Shown: positions 41,612-50,943 of the stretch, piece after piece
How positions within the stretch are numbered: position 1 is the first letter of the stretch
How the letters are laid out: each line of letters starts with the position of its first letter
Source of the DNA: an uncultured archaeon
GTDB lineage: Archaea; Thermoplasmatota; Thermoplasmata; Thermoplasmatales; Thermoplasmataceae
Assembly: GCA_000965745.1 (NCBI GenBank)
Contig: CP009479.1
Coordinates: 1,760,001-1,824,000, forward strand
Length of the DNA stretch: 64,000 nucleotides
Direction: 5' to 3'
Made by a program: the position numbers and the translations under genes
Notes under the pieces: model-generated
The model's input: the letters and a program-made list of their open reading frames with translations, nothing else
What the model was told of the DNA's origin: nothing
Databases searched by the model: none

Positions 41612-41920
41612 TCATCCTTTCCAGATGCCTATCCCCACTCCCACAACGAATAAGACGACCAGCAGGGAAAGGGAGCCTGCGTTCCCTATTGGAATTATGG
41701 ACGCTATTGAATGCAGGTTAGTAACGATATATGACACAGCTTTTGACAGGATGTTTGAAATTGATATCTTAGGGACAAAGGACAGGCCAACGTATCCCGA
41801 AAGAATGAAAGCAACTATGAGCAGCACGAAAGAGACTATTCCTTTCTTGACGGCGAGACCAAAGAGGAGCCCGTCAACGAAAGCGAGTATCAATAAAACT
41901 ATTCCACTTATATCCGGCAT
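41612..41920 (-). CDS. Small membrane protein (3 TM)
   Basis: Hydrophobic, Gly-rich helices; clean ATG start. Confidence 0.7.
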   Translation of the reverse strand: MPDISGIVLLILAFVDGLLFGLAVKKGIVSFVLLIVAFILSGYVGLSFVPKISISNILSKAVSYIVTNLHSIASIIPIGNAGSLSLLVVLFVVGVGIGIWKG

Positions 41921-42106
41921 TTTTTTAACCTGATTACAATTATATTAATTCTCCTTAAATTCTTTATGGTACGTTTCCGGTTATACATCCTGCAACTCAG
42001 TACGGAATCCAGGTAAAACGGAGAATGAATGTTAAAAACAGCGTGAAGAATATTAAAATATATAAAAAATAAATAAAAATAAATTACTTATTTTCATTTT
42101 TTAAAT

Positions 42107-42691
42107 TTAGCTAGAGATGTATGTCATGGATACTAGTATCTCACCATTCAGCGCAGCACCATCGTAGGGTGGCGTGAAGAATCCAATGTAAATCGTTGTG
42201 CTCCCGTCGACAGCGACTGAGTATGAGTCAGCCGATGTCAGAGAGAACGCCGTTACACCGGGGTTCACGACTGTGGGTATCTCGCCAGGGAGTCCCTGGT
42301 AATTGAAGTCGCTGAAGCTCAGTGGGGCCAGTGAGAAATACATGTATGATCCTGTAACGAACGGTGAACTCACGGTTGAGTTAAAGTAAAACATACCAGA
42401 CCCAAGAGTGGGTGCGAAGTTGATCTGCATCACGTTTATGATGAAGGTCGACTGGTTGCTTACTGTGCCAAACTGGAGATCGCCCATTGCGTTATGCGTT
42501 CCCGTGTATGGGTTCCATGAGATAGATCCGTCTGCTGTCTGGAAGTTGGATCCCGGTGCAAGCCAGAATGCGGCATTGTTATGGGTTCCATTTACTCCTA
42601 CCTGGCCTGTTATCATCACATCTGCTACGGCTACCGCTGGAAGGATGGCCGATACTGCTGCAATTAACAACAGGGTTAATCTTCTGTTCAT
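42107..42691 (-). CDS. Secreted beta-rich fibre-subunit-like protein, paralogue 3
   Basis: Class I signal peptide ending AVAVA|DVMITG; GGAGTG RBS. Confidence 0.8.
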   Translation of the reverse strand: MNRRLTLLLIAAVSAILPAVAVADVMITGQVGVNGTHNNAAFWLAPGSNFQTADGSISWNPYTGTHNAMGDLQFGTVSNQSTFIINVMQINFAPTLGSGMFYFNSTVSSPFVTGSYMYFSLAPLSFSDFNYQGLPGEIPTVVNPGVTAFSLTSADSYSVAVDGSTTIYIGFFTPPYDGAALNGEILVSMTYISS

Positions 42692-42712
42692 TTTATATCA
42701 CTCCTTGTTCCC

Positions 42713-43330
42713 TCATGATAGTGCCACGAATTGGCCCGTGAGCAGTGCGCTAGATCCTGCATAGTATCCAGGTGGCAGAACAAATCCAATGTAGAACGTC
42801 TGTGCCGGGCTGAAATTGGTTATCAGCAGGTGCGGGTTCTCACTGAGATCAACAGCTACTACGGTCGCAAGTGAAGATCCATCAACTGATATCGGTGTAC
42901 CGACATAGTGTGTTATGGCTGTCCCTATAAGAACTGCAAAGGTAATCGTGGAAGTCGAGATGACCATTTCAGTTCCGACCGGGAAGTTTGATGAAGACAC
43001 GTTAAGGTACAAACCCATGAACGACGATGGAGCTAAAGCATTACTAATAGTAATGTTCAGGTCAATCACGTTTATCATGGAGGTCTGCACGTAGTAACTT
43101 CCCTGGAGGTCCAGTGTTCCCATTTCTCCGCCAAGCACATCAGGCATCCATCCTATGGAGTTTGTTGCGTTGGCTGCGGCGTAGTTCGGTCCAGGCTGGA
43201 ATTCAAACGCAGTGTGATGATGTTTGTTCTCTAGTGAAATCTGTCCTGTTATCATTACGTCAGCCACAGCTACCGCTGGAAGCAGTGTTGCAATGGCTGC
43301 AACCAATAACAGTGTCAATTTTCTGTTCAT
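42713..43330 (-). CDS. Secreted beta-rich fibre-subunit-like protein, paralogue 2
   Basis: Same AVAVA|DVMITG N-terminus; AGGTGA RBS. Confidence 0.8.
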   Translation of the reverse strand: MNRKLTLLLVAAIATLLPAVAVADVMITGQISLENKHHHTAFEFQPGPNYAAANATNSIGWMPDVLGGEMGTLDLQGSYYVQTSMINVIDLNITISNALAPSSFMGLYLNVSSSNFPVGTEMVISTSTITFAVLIGTAITHYVGTPISVDGSSLATVVAVDLSENPHLLITNFSPAQTFYIGFVLPPGYYAGSSALLTGQFVALS

Positions 43331-43378
43331 TTTTTTTCACCTAACCAAAAATAATGGTGTTTTTTAGGACACCACTAT

Positions 43379-43954
43379 TTAATGCGCTATGAAAGTGCCA
43401 GTTATGGTACCAGTTGCTCCAGCATATGATCCAGGGGGCAGGTAGAAGCTCATGTAGTATGTTGTTGTTCCACCGGGGAATGGCCCGTTGAACTGGAAGC
43501 TTGCGCTGTTGATCGACTGTCCGCCGAGAAGACCTGGGAGTGAGTGCACATCAACCGTGTTGTTTGTAACCCAAACCATTGCTCCAGCGGGGAAGTTTCC
43601 AGTGAAGTTCACATACAGTGTTCCGGTAACTCCTGCGCCTATTGTCACGTTCAGGTCAAGAACATTTGCGAGTGCTGTTGTCTGGTTGTTTATGCCTTCA
43701 AGGTCGAATGATGCCATTGGTGCGAGTTGTCCGGGTTCTACTGATGCGGGCTGCATGGGGTTCCACGCAATGGCTCCGGCTGCGTAGGCTGCGGGGTAGT
43801 TAGGTCCTGGTTGGATCTCAAACACGGGTGTGTTCTGAGTACCAACAATGCTTACATTTCCTGTTATCATCACATCGGCTACAGCAACTGCGGGAAGAAT
43901 TGCTGCAACTGTTGCGAGTAACAACAGGGTCATCTTTCTATTCGTACTTTTCAC
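43379..43954 (-). CDS. Secreted beta-rich fibre-subunit-like protein, paralogue 1
   Basis: Same AVAVA|DVMITG N-terminus; GTG start. Confidence 0.8.
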   Translation of the reverse strand: MKSTNRKMTLLLLATVAAILPAVAVADVMITGNVSIVGTQNTPVFEIQPGPNYPAAYAAGAIAWNPMQPASVEPGQLAPMASFDLEGINNQTTALANVLDLNVTIGAGVTGTLYVNFTGNFPAGAMVWVTNNTVDVHSLPGLLGGQSINSASFQFNGPFPGGTTTYYMSFYLPPGSYAGATGTITGTFIAH

Positions 43955-44049
43955 CTCTCTATTTTTGGCTTAATGCCTGATTACATTATGAGCGGTGAAA
44001 TATATTTAATGGGTGGAATAAAAAATACATATAAGATCTTCTAATAGTT

Positions 44050-44072
44050 TGTAGGAATAAGAAATTCCTACA
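44050..44072. promoter_or_regulatory. Inverted repeat upstream of the fibre-gene array (candidate operator)
   Basis: TGTAGGAAT-AAGAA-ATTCCTACA, perfect 9-bp arms. Confidence 0.45.
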
Positions 44073-44147
44073 TCTTATATACCTGTAAAGTTGAAATGCC
44101 GGCCCGGGCTCCCGCTGGATTGAAAATAAATGGAAAAAGCAACCAGT

Positions 44148-44942
44148 TCACTGAAAAGCTGTTGTGAAGAGATTGAAAAACAGAATGAATGCGGTAATCC
44201 CATAGGAGGCGAATGACGTGTATGCAGACGCTGAAAATGCAGGCTTCCTTTTCATGTAAGTTGCTACGGTGTAGACGGCCATGCACACTATTACTACGGC
44301 AGAATATACAATCGCCAGGTGTATGAGGCCGTTTATGCCGGTGATCCATGACATGGAGGGCGCATAGAAGGCAGCAAACGTTAAGGCTCCTGCTGAAACG
44401 AGCATTATTGCCATCAATCTCTTGGTTACGCTTATCCTGCTCACGACTGTCGTCAGTACTGCTATGCCGAGGACTGCAGCCAGAATAACGTATATGGAAT
44501 AGGTTACTGTCGACGGAAGCGAAGGCAGCAGCAGGTTTAGTTTCTTGACCGGGGAAAGCAGGAGAGATACGAGTATCCACAAATCGAGTGTGAGGAGTAT
44601 GAGCTGAGTGTCCGCGACAATTCCTTTACCCCCCGTATTGTGGACGAAATCTGAGAAAGGGGCTGTTGCTATGCTTGGTTCTGCATCTGGGACAGAATTC
44701 TCTGAATTCTCAGGCAGAGTACTTTCCATTAACCCATCCAGGGTGGACCGTTCCCCCTCTTGATGCTCAATCCTGTCTTTTTCCAGCCCATCACCATGGC
44801 CACCGGGAGGGGCAAGCAGGAATTCAAGTTTTTCCTCTTCAGGGCTGAGCTTTCTGAATGTTATGAAAAAATATATGGCAACTACTCCACCTATTACAAA
44901 CTGTGGAAGAAAACTGATCAATGCAGCAAGATCGAATTGCAT
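44148..44942 (-). CDS. Hypothetical membrane protein (1 TM, acidic loop, ~5 TM)
   Basis: Hydropathy pattern; lies between the peptidase and the fibre genes. Confidence 0.75.
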   Translation of the reverse strand: MQFDLAALISFLPQFVIGGVVAIYFFITFRKLSPEEEKLEFLLAPPGGHGDGLEKDRIEHQEGERSTLDGLMESTLPENSENSVPDAEPSIATAPFSDFVHNTGGKGIVADTQLILLTLDLWILVSLLLSPVKKLNLLLPSLPSTVTYSIYVILAAVLGIAVLTTVVSRISVTKRLMAIMLVSAGALTFAAFYAPSMSWITGINGLIHLAIVYSAVVIVCMAVYTVATYMKRKPAFSASAYTSFASYGITAFILFFNLFTTAFQ

Positions 44943-45013
44943 AGCGAACGTTGATCATATCCCCAAGCCGGCATATAAACTATTCCAAAAAATTGAAAAA
45001 TATTTTGAAGCGG

Positions 45014-45808
45014 CTACTTCTTTTCCTTTTTGAACAACCTGTCATAAGGGAATACAGAAGCCGCGATGACAATCACAATAAGTATGCCCAGGTACAGGTA
45101 TGCGTTGTTTGGAACCTCGTTGTACTGGGTCCAGCTGCCACTGAATCTCAGTATATTAAGCTTTATCAGTCCGACCCATGGTATCTGACCGTAGGAGGTT
45201 CCCACGACCTTATCGGGCTGTACCGGGTTGAAGCCGAATACGTTCTGGTCTGAAGCACTGTATGCATTCTGGCTGGAATTGTAGAGGGGGCTGTGTGCAA
45301 GATTGTAATCGCCTACGGTTACGTAGCCGTCCTTGCCGACAAAGTGGTTCAGGTAGACGATGAGATTTCTGTGGGTAAAGCCAACATTATCGATGATCAC
45401 AGCGTTTGAAGTAATTTTGATCCAGCTTTGGCCATGATCACCTGCGACAATAGGAGTTGAACCGTTCCAGGACAGGTAAAACATGGCCCTGTGTATGATT
45501 ATCCTGCCATTCGGGTCATGGTAGAGTATAACGTTTCCAAACTCGCCATAGGTGCTGTAGCCTGAATCTCTTCCCTGAACATAAGTTACCACATCTCCGG
45601 TAGAGTTGTGGATATTCTTGGCGAAAACAATGTCCCCGGTGTTTATGGTCCCATAGGTCCAGTTCTGTGAATGTTCCATGCTCTCTGACTCCACAACATA
45701 CAGGGGGGGCCATACGTCAGAGTATGCAATGACAGAGGCAACGCTTGCCAGAACAACTACTGCAATTGCGATAGAGGCAATCTTTCTTGCTTTCACGGTA
45801 CATCGCAT
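45014..45808 (-). CDS. Signal peptidase I, S26B (Sec11/SipW type)
   Basis: VVESESMEH (Ser), GDIV, IIHR (His), TVGDYN, IPWVG; N- and C-terminal TM helices. Confidence 0.88.
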   Translation of the reverse strand: MRCTVKARKIASIAIAVVVLASVASVIAYSDVWPPLYVVESESMEHSQNWTYGTINTGDIVFAKNIHNSTGDVVTYVQGRDSGYSTYGEFGNVILYHDPNGRIIIHRAMFYLSWNGSTPIVAGDHGQSWIKITSNAVIIDNVGFTHRNLIVYLNHFVGKDGYVTVGDYNLAHSPLYNSSQNAYSASDQNVFGFNPVQPDKVVGTSYGQIPWVGLIKLNILRFSGSWTQYNEVPNNAYLYLGILIVIVIAASVFPYDRLFKKEKK

Positions 45809-45932
45809 TAATTTATGAGGGTTAATAAATATATCCGATTAACATTTATTTCAAACTCAAGCAGCATCCAGGTATTTTAAAAAGTATTGCTGGCAGCCAT
45901 TGTTCGAAAAAAAGGTTGGAACTGGAAGATAA

Positions 45933-46556
45933 TTATTCAACACTGAGTGTGGACTGGCGGTGTTTGCTGTAGTTATACTCGACATTTTCAAAGGCATTGT
46001 TTATTTTGCGAGCAGTAGTGAACAGGTCCACAAGTATCAGAAGCAGCACTGCCGAGAATATTATGGTTATACCGAAAACAATACCATCCAGCTGGAATAT
46101 GATGCTGTCGGTGAATGCAAACTGGGTAGCAGTAACCAGGACGTATTCAGTTATGGCTATCATTACTCCGTAGATTATCATGAGTTTCCTGATCATTGAT
46201 GAGTCATGCTTGACCCTCTCGAGGTCTCTGCTTGGCTGCAATGCGTTTTTGAGGGACGACTCGAGCTTTTCCATATCCTTCATGGACATCATTGGCATAT
46301 CGTCCGGTTTGGTCTCTTCACCCATTTCCTCCGCAATCTCCCTTTCACTGAAGAACAACTGCGTATTGAGAGAGCTGTTCCTCAGGAACATTGAAAGCAT
46401 GTTCTTGGTGAATACCATGTTTGAGAGTTTTTCGATAGTCTTGACCTTGCTTTCAAGTCGTGAAATGTAGTCCTTGAATCCTTTTCCGGATATGTTGTAT
46501 ATCAAGAATGATACGACAAGTATCAGGGTAGGGATTATGTAAAGATACAGCAACAT
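45933..46556 (-). CDS. Hypothetical membrane protein (3 TM with coiled loop)
   Basis: Hydropathy pattern; GGGGCTG RBS-like site. Confidence 0.75.
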   Translation of the reverse strand: MLLYLYIIPTLILVVSFLIYNISGKGFKDYISRLESKVKTIEKLSNMVFTKNMLSMFLRNSSLNTQLFFSEREIAEEMGEETKPDDMPMMSMKDMEKLESSLKNALQPSRDLERVKHDSSMIRKLMIIYGVMIAITEYVLVTATQFAFTDSIIFQLDGIVFGITIIFSAVLLLILVDLFTTARKINNAFENVEYNYSKHRQSTLSVE

Positions 46557-46607
46557 TTTATTCAGCCCCCCTTCCAGGATATTTCATCTGATCATTATCC
46601 ATGAATA

Positions 46608-47036
46608 TCATGTACCTGGCCTCCTGATCTGGCTCTTGATGGCCCATCTCCTTTCCATTGCCTGCTTCATCTTCTCCTTGTCGCCACGGAACTCAGGAAC
46701 ATCGGGGGAAAGGGGGGCATTTTTCGCGTTTCCTCTCTTTACCTCCGATCTTATTTTCTCAATGGTTTTCTGCCTCTCTAGAATTTCCTCGAACTCCTCT
46801 TCTTCCATGCTGTTCTTCTGGCCGGCAATGTCTTCAACTTTCTTCTCGAGATAATTGACCGTTCTCTTAAGCATCTGAAATTCAAAATTGTCGTACAGCG
46901 CCCTTCTGATAACGCTCAGGGTGCTCTCATTCGGTCTCCTGAGAAGTTCTATCAGGACAAGGTCCTCCCTGAACAGCTCAACGGTCAGTGACTTCAGTTC
47001 CTGATTTTTGTTCTCCGAAACGCTTTCATTTGCCAA
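46608..47036 (-). CDS. Hypothetical protein, RHH-like N-terminus plus coiled coil (ParR-like candidate)
   Basis: SLTVEL / EDLVLIELL / STLSVIRRAL strand-helix-helix pattern; directly downstream of the actin gene. Confidence 0.55.
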   Translation of the reverse strand: MANESVSENKNQELKSLTVELFREDLVLIELLRRPNESTLSVIRRALYDNFEFQMLKRTVNYLEKKVEDIAGQKNSMEEEEFEEILERQKTIEKIRSEVKRGNAKNAPLSPDVPEFRGDKEKMKQAMERRWAIKSQIRRPGT

Positions 47037-47101
47037 TTATCATCATCCACTCATAATATTAGATGGCGAAAAGAAAATAAAAAAGAAGGATTTTCCTCGC
47101 C

Positions 47102-48091
47102 TTATTGTCCTATTTCCCTCTTTGCTGCATCCTTGTAGCCAAGGGCGTTTGCAAAGGGAAGATCCTCTTCGGGAATTTTAATAAGTGCACCCGGAGCCAG
47201 TGATTCGAGCTTTTCGCCAATAAGGGCCGCTCCCCCGCCAACCGGTATGAGTGCAGTGACACGGTCAAGCTCACTTCTCAGGTTCGCCCTCATGTTATCC
47301 ACGATCCTGTCTGCAAGTTCCTGAAGGAATGGTGCAGCGAATTCCGGGCCACCCACTTCTCTCTGCTTGAACATGACGCTTTCCGATATCGACTCGCGTG
47401 CAACATCAGTCGGGACAACAAACCCGGTTTCCCTGGCGATGGCCTTTGCAATTTCTGAAACTGAGTCTCCGACTCCGGTTGTTATGCTGAACGACATCTG
47501 GAGAACAGGCTCCATGGTAGAAAGGTTCAATGTAAGAACATCAGTTGTTCTGGATCCCACATCAATTACTGTTGCAAGGCCCTTCTGCTGTTTCATTAGA
47601 CCTTTCTCTATCATATAGAGTGCAGCTCCTACTCCCTGTGGCCTCATGACAAGCCTGTCTATGGAAAGCTGCCTGACTTCCCCGGACAGTGAAGTGATCT
47701 TGATGCTCCTGCCTTCGAGAGCCTTTCTGGATTCGGCCAGTTCCTTGTCAAAGGTTCCCAGGGGAGTCCCGCTTCCAAGAACCACCTGGGTGGGAGATCC
47801 ATCAGCTCCTGCACCGCTTGCCCAAAGGGCTGCCCCGATAAGGGGGAGTGAAGCATTGTCTGCGAGTCTTCCATCGCCCAGAGGCTCCCTTGCATTTGGC
47901 CCATTCGCATCTTCTCCAAATGCAAAATGGTCTGTGCCGTCATCTACACTTAATATGGGAATATTCCCACCAATCCCCCACGATGTTCCATCATGCTTTG
48001 CCCACCGGGAAGGGAAGCTTATTCTCTCATCATTTACACTGATTACTTTTGTATCTCCATAACCAAGGTCTATACCAACAACTACTGACAA
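47102..48091 (-). CDS. ParM/StbA-like actin homologue (Ta0583 type)
   Basis: GIDLGYGDTK, RPQGVGA, IDVGSRTTD, VGGGA, ANALGY; GGAGGTG RBS before TTG 48091. Confidence 0.92.
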   Translation of the reverse strand: MSVVVGIDLGYGDTKVISVNDERISFPSRWAKHDGTSWGIGGNIPILSVDDGTDHFAFGEDANGPNAREPLGDGRLADNASLPLIGAALWASGAGADGSPTQVVLGSGTPLGTFDKELAESRKALEGRSIKITSLSGEVRQLSIDRLVMRPQGVGAALYMIEKGLMKQQKGLATVIDVGSRTTDVLTLNLSTMEPVLQMSFSITTGVGDSVSEIAKAIARETGFVVPTDVARESISESVMFKQREVGGPEFAAPFLQELADRIVDNMRANLRSELDRVTALIPVGGGAALIGEKLESLAPGALIKIPEEDLPFANALGYKDAAKREIGQ

Positions 48092-48348
48092 CTCTTTACA
48101 CCTCCAACTGGAAATATCTTCCACAACTCTTCCATAACTAGTTGAGTCACTTATTGACTATCAGAGCCTTTTCGTATTAAAATCTTTACATCGACTGCAG
48201 GCGAAATTTTTGTCTAGACACGTTGAAAACTGCGGTTTCCCGTGAAATTTTTTTTCTTCATGAAGCCGTGTTTATCTGATTCCCACATTATTAGCCTTTC
48301 TATTTTGATATTTTTAATAGTTTTGAAGCACTACCACAGGGAGGATAA

Positions 48349-49080
48349 TTGGCTGGGACTGGTCCAAAAGGGGAATTTTTCATAACCGGAAGGTTGGGTT
48401 CCAAGGATGATCAATTCAGGGGATCTTTTTCGGGAGACGGTGAGGTTGGCAGGTACGCCTTTGCAACTGCCTATCCTGATCAGCCGTTATCCGGGAAATG
48501 GGCTGAATCACTGGTGAGGTCATTCATCGGTTTCGAATACCCTGTGGAAAATAGCATTGATTTGGTAAAGGAGTTCCTCTCAGAGTCCAGGAAGATGTGG
48601 CTTGAATTACTGGACTGGGGCAACCTTAAATGGTATATCAGAAACAAATCAATGGATGGTGTTTATTCTTCCTTCTCCGGACTTTCAGTTGCATCCAGGG
48701 ATGGGTCAATCGAATGCAGGGGGTTTTCTTCAGGCTTTGACAGTTTTTTTGCCCTGGGCCCGTCAGATAAGATTTCCCGGATTGATTCTGCTGGCTCAGC
48801 ACCCGATATTCACGAATTCTGGAGTGGCTATCCTTCTTCAGCTTCACCTGTGTACAGGTGGGATGTTCCCCAGAATGTCTTTTTTAAGTGGATTGTCCCC
48901 ATAGATTCACGTATGGTCCTTGTAACCCCCAACGTATCGAGGTGGATCCTGAAAAATCCCGAAGTTAACCTGGTCACTGTCGTTAATAACAGCGACCCGG
49001 GAGTCCTGGTAAGGAATAAGATGAAGTCGGGGGATATAGATAACGCCGAATCAGTGGTTCTCCTTCTTGAAAGGCGATAG
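48349..49080 (+). CDS. Degenerate PP2C-like (TerY-P-type) protein, paralogue of 56457..57185
   Basis: Aligns by eye (WAESLVRSF; RKMW..LDW..LKWYIRNK; WSGYPS) but lacks the metal-binding Asp motifs. Confidence 0.7.
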   Translation: MAGTGPKGEFFITGRLGSKDDQFRGSFSGDGEVGRYAFATAYPDQPLSGKWAESLVRSFIGFEYPVENSIDLVKEFLSESRKMWLELLDWGNLKWYIRNKSMDGVYSSFSGLSVASRDGSIECRGFSSGFDSFFALGPSDKISRIDSAGSAPDIHEFWSGYPSSASPVYRWDVPQNVFFKWIVPIDSRMVLVTPNVSRWILKNPEVNLVTVVNNSDPGVLVRNKMKSGDIDNAESVVLLLERR

Positions 49081-49089
49081 TTAGAGCCC

Positions 49090-50943
49090 TCAGAACCTGC
49101 TTCTCACCGCGTTCAATATGGAAATTGCGTCCACTATTTCCTGAATTACCGCTCCGACTGCAGGCTCAATATACCCAACGGATGCAATAATCATGAAGAA
49201 TATGCTTAACCCCATCCCGGCGAATATACTCTGTTTCACAATGTCAAGAGTTCTTCTTCCTATCTTTATGGCATCGCCAACCTTCAGGACGTCGTCCACA
49301 GATATTATGACGTCGGCAGTTTCAGAAGAGATCTCCGACCCCTTTGCCCCCATGGCTATCCCCACTGTGGCAGATGCCAGCGCAGGAGCATCATTAATTC
49401 CGTCACCAACCATAACAACCGACAGTCCATCTTCAAGGGACCTTCTGACATAATTGGTCTTGTCCTCAGGCTTCAGGTCTGCCTTGTAATCTGATATCCC
49501 GGCCTCGCGCGAGATCCTGAAGGCGTTTTGCTCATTATCCCCTGTAAGCAGAACCGTCTTAGTTATTCCGGCTTTCTTCAGATCCAGGATCATGTTTTTC
49601 ACCCCGCCCCTCAGCAAATCTGAAAAGAGGATCATCCCCGCAAGGCTGCGGCCAACAGAAATGAAGCTTGCAACCATCTCCCTGTTCTCAGCCATTATGT
49701 CCTCTATGACCGATAGTTTTCCATAATCGGGTGCAAGCTCCATGCAGTATGTGAGAGTGCCAACACGCACTATTTCTCCGTCCACTTCCGCCTGTGTCCC
49801 CATTCCCGGGGATTCTAGAAAATTTTCAGGAAGGGGGAGGTCACCGACCCTTTCCCTTGCATAATCAGTTATCTCAACCGCAAGGGGGTGTGAGGAAAAG
49901 CTCTCTGCTATACCAATTATCCTGATAAGATCGACCTCATGATATTTGTCTATAGGCATTATCCTGTTTATGACAGGTTTACCGTGAGTCAGTGTTCCAG
50001 TCTTGTCGAATATGACAGTATCGCATCTTCCGAGCTCTTCAAGCGGTGTCCCTCCTTTGATTATAATTCCTTTTTCTGCTGCCTTGTTAAGTCCTCCCAT
50101 CATGCCAATTGGTGTGGCAAGGATCAGGGGGCAAGGAGTAGCGACAACCAGGACAGACAATATGGTGAGTGTTTCTCCGGTAATAAGCCAGCCGATAAAT
50201 GCAACAGAAAGAGTGACTGGAATCAGCAGTGCACCATACCTGTCTGCTATCCTCTGCACGGGTGCCCGGTCCTGCTGAGCCTGTTTGACAAGCTCAACTA
50301 TTCTTGAGTACTCGCTTTCACCGCTCGTCCTGTCAGCCCTTATCTCTAGAGTGCGTGAAATGTTGATTGTTCCGCTCATAACCGTGTCGCCCCTCTCCTT
50401 TACAACCGGCATGGGTTCGCCGGTGATCGATGATTCATCGACTTCAGAGTACCCACTTGTCACGGTACCGTCAACTGGTATCATGTCACCCTGTCGAACT
50501 ATCAGGACATCATTGATCGCCACTTGCTCCGCCCCTATATCCAACACGGTCCCGTTCAATTTCCTGTGCGCCACTTTTGGCGTTCTCTCAAGCAATTTCC
50601 TCGTATCACTGGTTGCTCTCGAAAAGGCGTAGTTCTCGAGTGATTCACCGCCCGACTGCATCAGGACTATTATCGAGCCGGCAAATGCCTGGTCCATCAC
50701 GAGCGCTGCGATAATGGCCATCATTGCCACAACATCGACTGAGAATTTCCCGCGGAGAAGGTTTCTGATGGTCTTATAGGATAACGGAACACCGCCGACT
50801 AGGAGAACCGACAGCCATATGTACCTGCTAAGGAACGGATGGAAATCTAAGAGGATCAGAACGGAACCCGTTATTATGCCAGCTATGGCAAAAAATGGCA
50901 GTGGGTATTTTCTGACAGTTCCAGAAAGTTTCCCAGCACTCAT
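49090..50943 (-). CDS. Heavy-metal P1B-type ATPase (P1B-5-like)
   Basis: TGE, TPCP, DKTGT, SHP, GDGINDAP, QEIVD. Confidence 0.92.
   Translation of the reverse strand: MSAGKLSGTVRKYPLPFFAIAGIITGSVLILLDFHPFLSRYIWLSVLLVGGVPLSYKTIRNLLRGKFSVDVVAMMAIIAALVMDQAFAGSIIVLMQSGGESLENYAFSRATSDTRKLLERTPKVAHRKLNGTVLDIGAEQVAINDVLIVRQGDMIPVDGTVTSGYSEVDESSITGEPMPVVKERGDTVMSGTINISRTLEIRADRTSGESEYSRIVELVKQAQQDRAPVQRIADRYGALLIPVTLSVAFIGWLITGETLTILSVLVVATPCPLILATPIGMMGGLNKAAEKGIIIKGGTPLEELGRCDTVIFDKTGTLTHGKPVINRIMPIDKYHEVDLIRIIGIAESFSSHPLAVEITDYARERVGDLPLPENFLESPGMGTQAEVDGEIVRVGTLTYCMELAPDYGKLSVIEDIMAENREMVASFISVGRSLAGMILFSDLLRGGVKNMILDLKKAGITKTVLLTGDNEQNAFRISREAGISDYKADLKPEDKTNYVRRSLEDGLSVVMVGDGINDAPALASATVGIAMGAKGSEISSETADVIISVDDVLKVGDAIKIGRRTLDIVKQSIFAGMGLSIFFMIIASVGYIEPAVGAVIQEIVDAISILNAVRSRF

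Noticed and set aside
42600-43940. Three similar ~90-bp DNA segments as a CRISPR or repeat array
   Set aside because: They are the conserved 5' coding ends of the paralogues, ~600 bp apart, and there are no cas genes.
42107-43954. Type IV pilins or archaellins
   Set aside because: No class III signal ([KR][GA]| followed by a retained hydrophobic helix). The h-region precedes an AxA site, and no pilus ATPase or TadC-like gene is in the window.
39904-48091. Provirus or integrated plasmid (PolX plus ParM-like gene)
   Set aside because: No integrase, att repeats, replication, capsid or conjugation genes were seen.
48125-48348. parC-like iteron array upstream of the actin gene
   Set aside because: No tandem direct repeats are visible, only the single TGTCTAGACA palindrome.
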